In this document: in pieces, positions 63,818 through 64,000 of the stretch
Position numbering within the stretch: the stretch's first letter is position 1
Layout of the letters: each line of letters begins with the position of its first letter
Origin: the human T2T-CHM13v2.0 reference genome, Homo sapiens
Length of the DNA stretch: 64,000 bases
Reading direction: 5' to 3' (one strand)
Assembly: GCF_009914755.1 (NCBI RefSeq)
Contig: NC_060939.1
Notes under the pieces: model-generated
Databases searched by the model: none
What the model saw: the letters and a program-made list of their open reading frames with translations, nothing else
What the model was told of the DNA's origin: nothing
Made by a program: the position numbers and the translations under genes

Positions 63818-64000
63818 ATTTTTATAATTTTTTTTAAGTTCAGGGGTACATGTGCAGGTTTGTTACATAGGTAAACTTGTGTCACGGGGGTTTGTTGTAC
63901 AGTTATTTCATCACCCAGGTATTAAACCTAATTCCCATTAGTTATTTTTCCTGATCCTCTCCCTCCTCCCACCCTCCACCCTCTGACAGGCCCCAGTGTG
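63818..64000 (-). mobile_element. L1PA (about PA8-13) 3' end, cut by window edge
   Basis: ttcaggggtacatgtgcaggtttgttacataggtaaac...ttatttcatcacccaggtatt. Confidence 0.88.

Overview
Primate (human-like) non-coding genomic DNA, intergenic or deep intronic. I find no protein-coding gene, tRNA/rRNA/snRNA gene, CpG island or CRISPR array. The window is dominated by transposable elements: about 33 Alu/FLAM copies (J, S and Y types, many with visible target-site duplications), L1 fragments of several ages (including a young L1PA2-like 3' piece whose ORF2 C-terminus is still open), L2/MIR relics, hAT and Tigger MITEs, MaLR LTRs (MLT1, THE1), MLT2 LTRs, a decayed ERV-L pol/dUTPase half-provirus and an intact HERV-H (LTR7B-like) solo LTR. 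Many ORFs in the supplied track are Alu or L1 translations and the rest look like chance frames. Best-supported oddity: a 137-bp unique segment (3187-3323) copied in inverted orientation into a FLAM element 1.4 kb away (4729-4865). Most speculative but most interesting: a decayed reading frame at about 30.45-30.82 kb resembling the N-terminal/H2C2 zinc-binding module of Gypsy/Ginger (GIN-like) integrases, possibly a lost domesticated gene. All subfamily calls are by eye from remembered consensus features, boundaries of old elements are approximate, and I cannot name the locus. I do not see evidence for a complete new biological system.
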